A stretch of DNA of 24,000 nucleotides from contig JAIPIB010000006.1 in NCBI GenBank assembly GCA_021734905.1, positions 8,851 to 32,850 on the forward strand, in the 5' to 3' direction. The position numbers were made by a program, and so were the translations under genes. Under the pieces are notes generated by a model. The model saw only the letters and a program-made list of their open reading frames with translations, had not been told where the DNA came from and ran no database searches. The stretch comes from Minisyncoccota bacterium. GTDB lineage: Bacteria > Patescibacteriota > Minisyncoccia > Phycocordibacterales > UBA918. Below are positions 7,631-16,794 of this stretch, in pieces (position 1 is the stretch's first letter; the number at the start of each line of letters is the position of its first letter).

Positions 7631-9445
7631 TTGCGTGTTATGAATCTTCTCGCGCTCCTTGCGGAAAAAAATGTAATTGACGCAGCACAGCGTGAGCGTG
7701 TGGAGGCGCTTGCTGTCGAATCAGGTATTTCTTATGAACGAGCTCTCCTTGATGGAGGTGTCGACCCAGACAGTATTCGCGATGCAATTGGCGCATATTT
7801 CGATCTTCCGACAAGAGCAATTTCCGAACGCGATACAATCAAGTCCTCTGCCCTTAAGTATCTTTCAGAGGAATCCGCACGTCACTATAAAATTCTCCCC
7901 ATTGAACTTGAGGACGGGATACTTATTGTTGGACTTACTGATCCTGATGATCTTTCTTTCCGCGATGCACTTAATTTTATAACAGCAAAAGATCAAATTC
8001 CGTACAAATTGGTTGTTATATTAGAGCGAGATTTTGAATACGGCGTAAAATCATACGAAAACATAACTGGCGAAGTTGATGAGGCACTTGGTGTTCTTGA
8101 GTCTGAACTTGAGGAGGAAAGCGAAGGTGTTCCAGAAGAGAAAAAAAAGATAGAGGTTATTAAGGAAGACGCACCGGTAACAAAAATTGTTGCAACTATA
8201 CTCAGGTATGCAGTTGATGGTTCTGCATCTGATATTCACATCGAACCTTCTGCAAAAAAAACCAATGTCCGGTTTCGTGTAGATGGAACACTTGTGCATA
8301 GTCTCGAACTCCCAGAAAAAATTCATCAAGCTGTAGTTGCCCGAATTAAAATTCTTTCATCATTGAGACTTGATGAGAAGCGTAAACCACAAGATGGTCG
8401 TTTCTCAGCATCTATTGATGGAAGACAGATTGATTTTCGTGTCTCGATTTTACCAACGAATCATGGTGAAAAAGTGGTGATGCGTATTTTGGATACAGAG
8501 GCAGGAATTCGTACGCTCGAGGATACCGGTGTGTCTGCACATAATATTGCGCTTATTCGAAAGGCTTTAGCACAGCCGTTTGGCATTATTCTTATTTCGG
8601 GACCTACTGGTTCAGGTAAGTCGACTACACTGTACGGTATGCTCTCTGAGGTTGATAGAATAGGAAAGAATGTTATTTCACTCGAAGATCCAGTTGAGTA
8701 TAGTATTGATGGTGTCAGCCAATCACAAGTTAGGCCAGAAATTGGGTATACTTTTGCGAATGGTCTTCGGACGGCACTCAGACAAGACCCCGACGTCATC
8801 ATGGTTGGAGAAATTCGTGATAAAGAGACAGCGCAACTTGCTATTCAAGCAGCACTTACGGGACATCTCGTACTCTCAACCATTCACACAAATAATTCTG
8901 TAGGTGTGATTCCGCGACTTATTGATATGGGCGTTGATCCATATCTTATTGCTCCAACACTTGAACTTGCACTCGCACAGAGACTCGTCCGCCGCATTTG
9001 CCCTAATTCTGGTAAAAAAGTACCTGTTGCAGGAAGTATTAAGGCGCTCATCGATAGTGAATTCGAAGATCTTCCTGAGCGTTTTAGAAAGATAATTCCT
9101 CAAAGTGATCACGTGTTATTTGTTGAGGCTACTGAAGAGTGTTCAAGTGGAACTAAGGGACGAGTTGCAGTTATGGAGGCAATTACGATTGATGAAGAGA
9201 TTGAACGGCTCATCTTGGATGATGCAGACGAAGAAAAAATTCTTGCTGTTGCACGAAAAAATGGATTTATAAGTATGAAGGAGGATGCCATTATTAAAGC
9301 GCTAGACCACATCATTCCTTTTGAGGAAATAAGTACTCTTGGTGGCGCCATGCTTGTTTCTGATGAGGCGGAGAAAGAGGCTGTTGAAATTAAAGACGTT
9401 GATCTCGCACCATCTGTCGATAACCAAGTATCATCTAATGTATAA
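7631..9445 (+). CDS. pilB: PilB/GspE family assembly ATPase
   Basis: T2SSE N-terminal domain, SDIHIEPSAKKTNVRFRVDG, Walker A GPTGSGKST, ISLEDPVEY, RQDPDVIMVGEIRDKETAQLAIQAALTGHLVLSTIHTNNS. Confidence 0.96.
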   Translation: MRVMNLLALLAEKNVIDAAQRERVEALAVESGISYERALLDGGVDPDSIRDAIGAYFDLPTRAISERDTIKSSALKYLSEESARHYKILPIELEDGILIVGLTDPDDLSFRDALNFITAKDQIPYKLVVILERDFEYGVKSYENITGEVDEALGVLESELEEESEGVPEEKKKIEVIKEDAPVTKIVATILRYAVDGSASDIHIEPSAKKTNVRFRVDGTLVHSLELPEKIHQAVVARIKILSSLRLDEKRKPQDGRFSASIDGRQIDFRVSILPTNHGEKVVMRILDTEAGIRTLEDTGVSAHNIALIRKALAQPFGIILISGPTGSGKSTTLYGMLSEVDRIGKNVISLEDPVEYSIDGVSQSQVRPEIGYTFANGLRTALRQDPDVIMVGEIRDKETAQLAIQAALTGHLVLSTIHTNNSVGVIPRLIDMGVDPYLIAPTLELALAQRLVRRICPNSGKKVPVAGSIKALIDSEFEDLPERFRKIIPQSDHVLFVEATEECSSGTKGRVAVMEAITIDEEIERLILDDADEEKILAVARKNGFISMKEDAIIKALDHIIPFEEISTLGGAMLVSDEAEKEAVEIKDVDLAPSVDNQVSSNV

Positions 9446-9462
9446 CAGCGTATAATATAAAT

Positions 9463-9831
9463 ATGAAAATATTACTTGTCGACGACGATGCATTTCTTCG
9501 AGATATGTATGCAACAAAATTCAGGGAACTTAAACACACTATCAATGTTGCTGAAACAGCAGAAAGTGCTTTAGTAAAACTTCAGGCAGATACCTATGAT
9601 GCTGTTCTCTTAGACATGATAATGCCAGGAATGACCGGAGTTGATTTATTGAAACAGATTCAGAAAGAAAAAATTGGCGGCAATCCAAAGTTTATTATGC
9701 TCACGAACCAAAGTGAAGAGTCTGATAGAGAAGCCGCGCTTGCTGCAGGCGCTGCGGGGTATATTGTCAAAGCAGAGCTTATCCCGAGTGAGGTAGTCGC
9801 AGAAGTACTTAAACTTGTTTCAAAAAAATAG
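9463..9831 (+). CDS. Stand-alone CheY-like response regulator receiver domain
   Basis: ILLVDDDAFLRDMYATKF, AVLLDMIMPGMTG, MLTNQ, AAGAAGYIVKAE. Confidence 0.94.
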   Translation: MKILLVDDDAFLRDMYATKFRELKHTINVAETAESALVKLQADTYDAVLLDMIMPGMTGVDLLKQIQKEKIGGNPKFIMLTNQSEESDREAALAAGAAGYIVKAELIPSEVVAEVLKLVSKK

Positions 9832-9832
9832 C

Positions 9833-10903
9833 ATGTCAACAGTTGATTACAAAAGAGAACTTGAAGACCTTATTGATATCGTTGCGACAGAGAAGGGCTC
9901 CGATATTCATTTGTCTGTGGGAGGACATCCTGTTATTCGTGTTGACGGTTCGCTCATTCATCTTGAGAAAAAGCCGATACTCACAAACGCAGATGTCGAG
10001 GGTTTTATGCACGTTCTTTTGACCAAAGAACAAGAAGAAAAATTTATTGAAACAAGAGAAATCGATTTTTCATATGCAGCGAAAGACGGGGTTCGTTTTC
10101 GCGGGAATGGTTTCTTTCAAAAAGGTGCTATATCTGTCGCACTTCGGCATATTTCAAAAGAGATTAAGAATTTTGATGAGTTAGCACTTCCTGCAGTTCT
10201 TGAATCATTCACACAGCGACCGCAGGGATTTTTTCTCTGCGTTGGTCCGGTAGGTCAAGGAAAATCAACAACACTTGCTGCAATGATTGAACTCATCAAT
10301 CAGACACGGGCGGAACATATCATGACCATCGAAGACCCAATTGAGTATATTTTTGAACCCAAAAAATCCCTTATTGATCAACGTGAGGTTCGTGTCGATA
10401 CCGCTGATTTTCATACAGGCCTACACTCTGCATTTCGTCAGGACGTTGATGTGATTATGGTTGGAGAGATGCGTGGAAGAGACACTATTTCAACAGCGGT
10501 AACTGCAGCAGAGACAGGGCATCTTGTCTTATCGACACTCCATACAAATGACGCCGCACAAACAATTGATCGTATTATTGATACATTTCCTGCAAGTCAG
10601 CAAGATCAGATCCGCGTCCAGCTCTCCGGCTCACTCACTGCCATTTTTTCTCAACGTCTCATACCGAGAATTTCAGGAGGTCTTGTTCCAGCTTTTGAGC
10701 TCCTCATTAATAATACTGCAGTATCAAACTTAATCCGGGAGCGACGGACTCATGAGATTCAAACAGTCATCGAGACGGGAATGGATATTGGTATGATTGA
10801 TATGAATCGTACACTCGTTGAGTTAGTACAACAGGGGGAAATAACTGTTGAGAATGCTTTTGCATACTCAACTAATCCAAAGGGGCTTGAACGTTTAATG
10901 TAA
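9833..10903 (+). CDS. pilT: PilT twitching motility / retraction ATPase
   Basis: GSDIHLSVGGHPVIRVDG, Walker A GPVGQGKST, IMTIEDPIEYIF, DVDVIMVGEMRGRDTISTAVTAAETGHLVLSTLHTNDAAQTIDRIID. Called ORF starts at 9815, but ATG 9833 fits better after the regulator stop. Confidence 0.94.
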   Translation: MSTVDYKRELEDLIDIVATEKGSDIHLSVGGHPVIRVDGSLIHLEKKPILTNADVEGFMHVLLTKEQEEKFIETREIDFSYAAKDGVRFRGNGFFQKGAISVALRHISKEIKNFDELALPAVLESFTQRPQGFFLCVGPVGQGKSTTLAAMIELINQTRAEHIMTIEDPIEYIFEPKKSLIDQREVRVDTADFHTGLHSAFRQDVDVIMVGEMRGRDTISTAVTAAETGHLVLSTLHTNDAAQTIDRIIDTFPASQQDQIRVQLSGSLTAIFSQRLIPRISGGLVPAFELLINNTAVSNLIRERRTHEIQTVIETGMDIGMIDMNRTLVELVQQGEITVENAFAYSTNPKGLERLM

Positions 10904-10912
10904 TTTAATTCT

Positions 10913-12124
10913 ATGTTGTTTTCATATAAAGCAGTCGATAAAGCAGGAGCTCCTCGAGAGGGAACCGTTGACGCGCAAAATATAGAGTCGGCGATTGAGA
11001 CAGTCGAAACTCGTGGCTATACCATTGTTTCTCTTGACCCAATCAACAAAGCGAAGAATTCCTTTTTGGATGTTGAAATTACGTGGTTTGATCGTGTCTC
11101 AAATAAGGACGTTGTGATTCTGTCGCGACAAATCGCAACACTTTTTGAAGCGCAGGTATCGGCGCTCCGTATCTTCCGCCTCCTTGGTACAGAAATTGAA
11201 AACCCGAAGCTGCAGCAAATTTTAAATGATGTGAGCAACGACCTTCAGGGAGGAAGTTCAATATCACGTGCGCTCGCACGGCATCCGGATGTTTTTTCTG
11301 AATTTTATGTGAGTATGGTCAAAGCTGGTGAAGAATCAGGGACACTCGAAAAGACGTTCATGTATCTTGCAGATTATCTTGACCGTATGTACCAAGTGGT
11401 TTCAAAGGCAAGAAATGCACTTATCTACCCAGCATTTGTCATCTCGATATTTATTGGTGTGATGATGCTCATGCTCACACTCGTTATTCCAAATATTAGT
11501 GCAATACTTCTCGATTCTGGGCAAGAAATCCCTGTCTACACAAAGATCGTCATCGGACTTTCAAGCTTCCTGACAAATTATATTGGACTCATTCTCGTAT
11601 TTATCACGCTTATGGGAGTTGTGTATTGGCAGTTTCAAAAAACCGAAGCCGGCAAGCGAACGGTTGATGAATTTAAGCTCGCAATCCCTTTTATTGGTTC
11701 GCTGTACCAAAAACTTTTCCTAACGCGTATCTGTGACAACCTTGCAACAATGCTTACGAGTGGTATCTCGATGGTTCAGGCACTTGAGGTTACTGCAGAA
11801 GTTGTCGACAACCGAGTCTATAAGGAAATAATTGAGAGTACCCTTATTAATGTGAAAGGTGGACGATCTTTTGCAGATTCAATTGCTGAGTATCCTGAAA
11901 TTCCTGGAGTGCTTGCGCAGATGAGTAAGGTGGGTGAAGAAACAGGGAAGCTCGGTGACATTCTCAGCACGCTCGCTGTTTTCTATCAGCGTGAAGTTAA
12001 TAATGCTGTAGACACACTCATCAGCCTCATTGAGCCAGCAATGATAGTGCTTCTTGGACTTGGAGTCGGAGTGCTTTTGGCATCTGTACTCATTCCTATC
12101 TACAATATTACGGGGGCTATCTAG
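10913..12124 (+). CDS. pilC: PilC/GspF inner-membrane platform protein
   Basis: LSRQIATLFEAQVSALRIFRLLG, FLTRICDNLATMLTSGISMVQALEV, LPIYNITGAI terminus, T2SSF repeats. Confidence 0.96.
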   Translation: MLFSYKAVDKAGAPREGTVDAQNIESAIETVETRGYTIVSLDPINKAKNSFLDVEITWFDRVSNKDVVILSRQIATLFEAQVSALRIFRLLGTEIENPKLQQILNDVSNDLQGGSSISRALARHPDVFSEFYVSMVKAGEESGTLEKTFMYLADYLDRMYQVVSKARNALIYPAFVISIFIGVMMLMLTLVIPNISAILLDSGQEIPVYTKIVIGLSSFLTNYIGLILVFITLMGVVYWQFQKTEAGKRTVDEFKLAIPFIGSLYQKLFLTRICDNLATMLTSGISMVQALEVTAEVVDNRVYKEIIESTLINVKGGRSFADSIAEYPEIPGVLAQMSKVGEETGKLGDILSTLAVFYQREVNNAVDTLISLIEPAMIVLLGLGVGVLLASVLIPIYNITGAI

Positions 12125-12279
12125 GACTTTTTTAAGCAAAATTACTTAGTGTAGGTCTTGGATTTGTTTACTTTCATAGAGCTTTGTCCACAGGCAGTGC
12201 TCTAAATGCTCTCAAACACAGTATAATAGTTTGTAACCACACTACGTGGAGTAATATATTACTTATTAAATTAAATATG

Positions 12280-12732
12280 ATGAAAAATACATACAAACGA
12301 GGTTTTACACTCATCGAACTCCTCGTAGTGATCGCTATTATTGGTATCTTGGCTTCAGTGGTTCTTGCATCACTTAACACAGCTCGAGATAAGGGAGCAG
12401 ACGCTGCTGTGAAGGGGGCGCTTTCACAAATGAGAGCACAAGCAGAATTGTTTTACGATACAGGTAGAACATATGATACTATGTGTGGAGATCCCCAAGT
12501 TGATAGTATTCTTGGGAACGCTGCCTCAAATTCAGTTGCTGGAGCAACAGTTGTTTCTGTAGATGGTACAGCAGGAACTGCAACAACAGTGATTTGCCAC
12601 GATTCCCCTACTGCTTACGCAGCCGCAGCACCACTTAAAGGAACCTCTGGTTCATATTACTGTGTAGATTCTACTGGAGTCACAATGGTTACTGGAACGG
12701 CTTTGGTCGCTTCGGGAACTGTCTGTCAGTAG
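12280..12732 (+). CDS. Type IV pilin (major-type) 1
   Basis: MKNTYKRGFTLIELLVVIAIIGILASVVLASLNTARDKGADAAVKG prepilin N-terminus; Cys-rich C-terminal domain ending GTVCQ. Called ORF starts at 12184, but ATG 12277/12280 is the plausible start. Confidence 0.93.
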   Translation: MKNTYKRGFTLIELLVVIAIIGILASVVLASLNTARDKGADAAVKGALSQMRAQAELFYDTGRTYDTMCGDPQVDSILGNAASNSVAGATVVSVDGTAGTATTVICHDSPTAYAAAAPLKGTSGSYYCVDSTGVTMVTGTALVASGTVCQ

Positions 12733-12738
12733 TCTTTT

Positions 12739-12780
12739 ATAAACAAAAAACACCCTTTAAAAAGGGTGTTTTTTGTTTAT
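12739..12780. terminator. Strong bidirectional intrinsic terminator between pilin 1 and pilin 2
   Basis: Perfect 19-bp stem ataaacaaaaaacaccctt / aagggtgttttttgtttat with TAAA loop and A/T tracts on both sides. Confidence 0.93.
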
Positions 12781-12849
12781 AAGTCACGTAAGTTTCATAA
12801 TAGTTTGGTATACTGAAAATATTAGTATAGTTTTGTTTTTTGACCTGTA

Positions 12850-13326
12850 ATGAATTATTCTAAACTTAAAAATGGCTTTACACTCCTAGAGCTTCTTGTA
12901 GTAATTACAATCATAAGTATTGTCGCTGTAATTACTGTCGTTTATATTGGCGAATCTAAGGATAAAGGAGCTGATGCGGGTGTTAAATCAAATATAATTA
13001 ACGCGCGCTCACTAGCCGAAGTGTATTATACGAACAACAATAAGACATACGAAGGTGTTTGTGGAGTAGTCGGAGCTGACATGATCGGACACACTATACA
13101 AAAAGCAAAAGAAGCGTATGGCGGAAATGCAAAAAATTCCTACACGGACTCAGTTGCAAGTACCTGGAATACAGAAGAATGTCACGATTCACCAGACGGA
13201 TACGCTGTGTGGGTTCCTGTAAGGGCTTCAACAAACGCAAATCCAAGAGGGTTCTGTATAGATGGTAATAATGTGACAGACATAGCAACGAGTATTCTTA
13301 ATGTGAATGACACAGTTTGTCCGTAG
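12850..13326 (+). CDS. Type IV pilin 2
   Basis: KLKNGFTLLELLVVITIISIVAVITVVYIGESKDKGADAGVKSN; C-terminus NDTVCP. Confidence 0.92.
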   Translation: MNYSKLKNGFTLLELLVVITIISIVAVITVVYIGESKDKGADAGVKSNIINARSLAEVYYTNNNKTYEGVCGVVGADMIGHTIQKAKEAYGGNAKNSYTDSVASTWNTEECHDSPDGYAVWVPVRASTNANPRGFCIDGNNVTDIATSILNVNDTVCP

Positions 13327-13367
13327 GTTTACTTGAGGTTAGTAACGTATAGTCGCATCAATTTTCA

Positions 13368-13808
13368 ATGAAGAATACATACAAACGAGGTTTCACACTC
13401 ATCGAACTCCTTGTCGTGATTGCAATTATTGGTGCATTAACATCAATAGTTCTTCCGTCACTTAATGCAGCTCGTGACAAAGGCATTGATGCGGCGGTAA
13501 AAAGTAACCTTAGTGGAATACGAGATCAGATGGCGATTTTCCGAGATAATACTGGGAATGCATATACTGGAGGATGTGCAGACCCAAATATTACCAACAC
13601 AATGGCAGTAGCTACGAGTACAGTAGCACCAACTCAAACAATAGGTGGTTTCGGTGATGGAGAATGTATCGCAACAGCAACGGAGTGGTCGGCTTGGGTT
13701 AATCTCAAAGCATCTTCGACCACTGCGTGGTGTGTCGACGCACAAGGGAATTCTAGCGTGATAGCAGCACAAAACAGTAGTACGGCAAATCTAACTGTTT
13801 GTCCATAG
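13368..13808 (+). CDS. Type IV pilin 3
   Basis: MKNTYKRGFTLIELLVVIAIIGALTSIVLPSLNAARDKGIDAAVKSN; C-terminus NLTVCP. Confidence 0.92.
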   Translation: MKNTYKRGFTLIELLVVIAIIGALTSIVLPSLNAARDKGIDAAVKSNLSGIRDQMAIFRDNTGNAYTGGCADPNITNTMAVATSTVAPTQTIGGFGDGECIATATEWSAWVNLKASSTTAWCVDAQGNSSVIAAQNSSTANLTVCP

Positions 13809-13843
13809 ATAAGACTACGCCCGTTATTCCATTGCTATTCTCC

Positions 13844-13874
13844 ATGTTGACCAAGGCAAGGCCTCGGTCAACAT
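13844..13874. repeat. REP-like palindrome, left copy 1 (atgttgaccaaggcaaggcctcggtcaacat)
   Basis: Hairpin with one A/C mismatch in a 13-position stem; same motif upstream and downstream of the RAYT gene. Confidence 0.85.
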
Positions 13875-13940
13875 CAAGGGAACTCAGGTGAAATAGCTGC
13901 GCAAAACAGTAGTGTCGTTGACCTAACTGTTTGTCCGTAA
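13875..13940 (+). pseudogene. Orphan 22-codon pilin 3' end (QGNSGEIAAQNSSVVDLTVCP-stop)
   Basis: Translated fragment aligns to the terminal residues of pilin 3 (QGNSSVIAAQNSSTANLTVCP-stop) at the same phase. Confidence 0.88.
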
Positions 13941-13975
13941 ACAAGTCTACATCCGTTATTCCATTGCTATTCTCC

Positions 13976-14006
13976 ATGTTGACCAAGGCAAGGCCTCGGT
14001 CAACAT
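13976..14006. repeat. REP-like palindrome, left copy 2
   Basis: Identical to 13844-13874. Confidence 0.85.
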
Positions 14007-14014
14007 GTTATAAT
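14006..14014 (+). promoter_or_regulatory. Extended -10 promoter element TGTTATAAT for the RAYT gene
   Basis: TGn-TATAAT with the -10 box ending 7 nt before ATG 14022; its first base is the last base of the REP repeat. Confidence 0.6.
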
Positions 14015-14021
14015 TTTTATT

Positions 14022-14681
14022 ATGTCGTATAGAGAGACAGAATTCGCTCCTGAGGAGTTTTACCATATTTATAATCGTGGTAATAGCAGGCAAGAGATAT
14101 TTTTAGACACTGCGGACTATAAGCGTTTCCAAGATCTTTTATATCTCGCAAATGCAGTAGAACCTATCTCTGTCCGTAATGCTCGTAGGAATGGTGTATA
14201 TGAGGTTGAGAGGGGAGAACAATTAGTCGCTATTGGTGCATATTGCCTCATGCCAAACCATTTTCATATTTTGTTGACGCCGCTTACTGATAATGCAGTA
14301 ACGACCTTTATGCTTAAAGTCGCAACAGGTTATGCAATGTATTTTAACAAGCGATATACACGTACAGGCAGTCTCTTTGAAGGCAAGTTTAAATCAAAAC
14401 ATGTTATAGGAGATGAATATATGAAATATTTATTTTCATATATTCATCTTAATCCGCTTAAGTTAAAACATACTGATTGGAAGACACGAATCTTGAAGGA
14501 AAAAGATCTGTTAAGGCAAGGACGCGAATATCAATTTTCTTCATATCAGGATTATGTGCAGGACTTACGAAGTGAATCAATGATTCTTGGAAAAGATCAT
14601 TTTCCAAAGTTTTTCTTAAACCCAGTATCCTGGGAAGGCGAAATGAGGGAATGGATCACATTTCCGGAAGTAAACACTTGA
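14022..14681 (+). mobile_element. REP-associated tyrosine transposase (RAYT, IS200/IS605-like Y1 HUH family)
   Basis: EEFYHIYNRGNSRQEIFLD, HUH-type signature LMPNHFHILLTP, NKRYTRTGSLFEGKFKSKHVIGDEYMKYLFSYIHLNPLK, RQGREYQFSSYQDY. Confidence 0.9.
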
Positions 14682-14704
14682 CCGAGGCCTTGCCTCGGTC
14701 AAGT
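14676..14704. repeat. REP-like palindrome downstream of RAYT (acttgaccgagg-ccttg-cctcggtcaagt), overlaps the RAYT stop codon
   Basis: Perfect 12-bp stem; inverse orientation of the left REP motif; RAYT TGA is at 14679-14681. Confidence 0.92.
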
Positions 14705-14733
14705 TCGGGTGTGGGGTTTTATACTTGTTTTGT

Positions 14734-15561
14734 ATGGAAATATTTTTGTATGGAGTAATTTTTATCTTTGGAACGATCATTGGTAGTTTTTTGAATGTCG
14801 TTATATATCGACTCCATACGGGGAAATCACTTAATGGACGTTCGCACTGCATGACATGTGGTAAAACACTTACATGGTACGAACTTTTTCCACTTGTCTC
14901 ATACATCTTCCAAGGTGGAAAGTGCCGTGGTTGTTTTGCACACATACCATCAAGGTATCTTTTTGTGGAGCTATTAACAGGCCTTTCGTACCTGACCGTG
15001 TGGAACATTTTTGCGCATGATATCTTTTTGTTGGTTGTATATTTTATTCTCGTCTCTGTCTTTATCCTTATTGTTCTCTATGACATTCGACATACGATTA
15101 TTCCTGATGAACTGACGAGCGTTGTGATTATTGTTGCCATGGTACTGGTTGGATATGAACTTATGCAGGGGAATGAGGGTATTCTCAGTACTTTTGCCTA
15201 TCGTATTGGTGCGGGCTTCATCGCTTCATTCTTTTTCTGGGGTTTGTGGTACATCTCTAAAGGGAGATGGATTGGTTTTGGTGACGCCAAGCTTGCGCTA
15301 CCGCTCGGTGTCATTGTCGGTATCGGTGGAATTTTTTCTATGATTGTTCTTTCGTTTTGGATTGGTGCTGCTGTCAGTCTTTTTCTTCTCGGAATTGAAC
15401 GACTGCTTAAAGGGGGAAAAACTAACTTACATTTTCTTTCAACACCACTTACAATTAAGAGTGAGGTACCATTTGCGCCATTTCTCATAACCGGTTTTTT
15501 GTTAGTACAATTTTTCCATGCTGACATCTTTAATATTACGTATGCGCTTTTTTTCTCGTAG
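14734..15561 (+). CDS. pilD: Prepilin peptidase (leader peptidase / N-methyltransferase); called ORF begins 14725
   Basis: GSFLNVVIYRLHTGKSL...CMTCGKTLTWYELFPLVSYIFQGGKCRGC (CxxC pairs), IIPDELT, GFGDAKLALPLG. Confidence 0.95.
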   Translation: MEIFLYGVIFIFGTIIGSFLNVVIYRLHTGKSLNGRSHCMTCGKTLTWYELFPLVSYIFQGGKCRGCFAHIPSRYLFVELLTGLSYLTVWNIFAHDIFLLVVYFILVSVFILIVLYDIRHTIIPDELTSVVIIVAMVLVGYELMQGNEGILSTFAYRIGAGFIASFFFWGLWYISKGRWIGFGDAKLALPLGVIVGIGGIFSMIVLSFWIGAAVSLFLLGIERLLKGGKTNLHFLSTPLTIKSEVPFAPFLITGFLLVQFFHADIFNITYALFFS

Positions 15562-16153
15562 TTTTAGTGCCCCTTTCTCAAAAGGATTTACCCTTGTTGA
15601 ACTTCTTGTATCAATCGCGATTATCGGAATTGTGACGAGCATTGTCCTTTTAAAATACAACACCTTTGATAGTACGGTACTCCTTAAGGGTGTAGCATAT
15701 GAAATCGCACTCACACTCCGAGATGCTCAAGTGAAGTCAATAAGTGCAATAGGAACCAGTGGTGAATTCAGTTACCCATACGGCGTGACATTTAATACAG
15801 GGTCTGACTCAAAAAGGTATACAGTGTTTCGGTATGAGTCTACCACTTACGGTGATGATCCATACTACTCAAGTCCAGCTGTAGATGTCCTTACAACAAT
15901 CATAGACCGCTCGATGCATGTGAGTGAGATTTGTATATATGGAACACCTTTGGGGGATCCTTGCAGTGTGGACAGGCTTGACGTATCGTTTCGTCGTCCG
16001 GAATTTAATTCGATATTTTATGCTGATGCAACAGGAGGACCATTTACTGATATCGTGAGGGCAGAGATAAAAGTAAATTCAGTAGGGAACCCACTGAATG
16101 TTTTTGTCGTTGAAGTCTCTCAGTTTGGTCAAATTTCAATATATAAACAATGA
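15542..16153 (+). CDS. Minor pilin, GspH/FimT-like; called ORF begins 15518
   Basis: KGFTLVELLVSIAIIGIVTSIVLLKY; overlaps the pilD end by 20 nt. Confidence 0.8.
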   Translation: MRFFSRSFSAPFSKGFTLVELLVSIAIIGIVTSIVLLKYNTFDSTVLLKGVAYEIALTLRDAQVKSISAIGTSGEFSYPYGVTFNTGSDSKRYTVFRYESTTYGDDPYYSSPAVDVLTTIIDRSMHVSEICIYGTPLGDPCSVDRLDVSFRRPEFNSIFYADATGGPFTDIVRAEIKVNSVGNPLNVFVVEVSQFGQISIYKQ

Positions 16154-16794
16154 AATGTTGTATGATTTTATTTAGCAATAAAAATGCCCGCAGTAGAAAA
16201 AAAATTGTTCAGGGATTTTCTCTTATTGAGCTTATGGTTTCTTTGTCAGTATTTTCTATGGTGATGCTCATTAGTACAGGAACATTACTTATAATGATTG
16301 ATATAAATGCGAAGGCGCAAGCGTTATATTCGTCAACGACAAACATATCATATGCACTCGATAACCTGACTCGTGAAATACGCACCGGTTATAATTACAA
16401 CTGTTTTCATTCTAACGACTTAGATGTGCAGACTCTTCCAGTAAAAGGATCTACAGCTGACTGTCCATCTTCTGATAATGCTATTGCTTTTACGAGAGAA
16501 AGCGATGGAGCACGTGTTGGATTTAGAAAAAATGACATCTCTGGTTCACTTGAGAAAAGAATTGACAAGATTGGTAATAGTGGGTCCTGGATACCAATAA
16601 CTTCAGATAAAGCAGTTACTGTTGATGTGTTCGATATAACAGTGGATAATTCTGTACCATATTATCCAGCAACCTCAAATACAAACCAGCCAGTTGTCGA
16701 CATCGTTGTAAAGGGCTCGATGAATAATGGGCTTGATCAGAACACAACATTTAATATTCAGTCACACATTGTACAGCGAAGGCTCGATTTGTAA
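16150..16794 (+). CDS. Minor pilin, PilW/GspJ-like
   Basis: VQGFSLIELMVSLSVFSMVMLISTGTLLIMIDINAKAQ; overlaps the preceding gene by 4 nt. Confidence 0.75.
   Translation: MKCCMILFSNKNARSRKKIVQGFSLIELMVSLSVFSMVMLISTGTLLIMIDINAKAQALYSSTTNISYALDNLTREIRTGYNYNCFHSNDLDVQTLPVKGSTADCPSSDNAIAFTRESDGARVGFRKNDISGSLEKRIDKIGNSGSWIPITSDKAVTVDVFDITVDNSVPYYPATSNTNQPVVDIVVKGSMNNGLDQNTTFNIQSHIVQRRLDL

Larger units (their letters stand above)
13743..14006. repeat. Tandem duplication, two 132-bp units (13743-13874 and 13875-14006)
   Basis: Units have the same length. First 78 nt (pilin 3' end plus stop and a short spacer) match at 57/78; last 54 nt (13821-13874 vs 13953-14006) are identical. Confidence 0.9.

Noticed and set aside
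13458-13986. Minus ORFs 13458..13772 and 13753..13986
   Set aside because: Antisense to pilin 3 and to the duplicated unit; the repetitive MVNMENSNGIT... protein only reflects the 132-bp tandem duplication.
13821-14006. Possible CRISPR array from the repeated 54-mers
   Set aside because: Only two copies, the spacer is itself a diverged copy of the pilin end, and no cas genes are present; better explained as a tandem duplication with REP palindromes.
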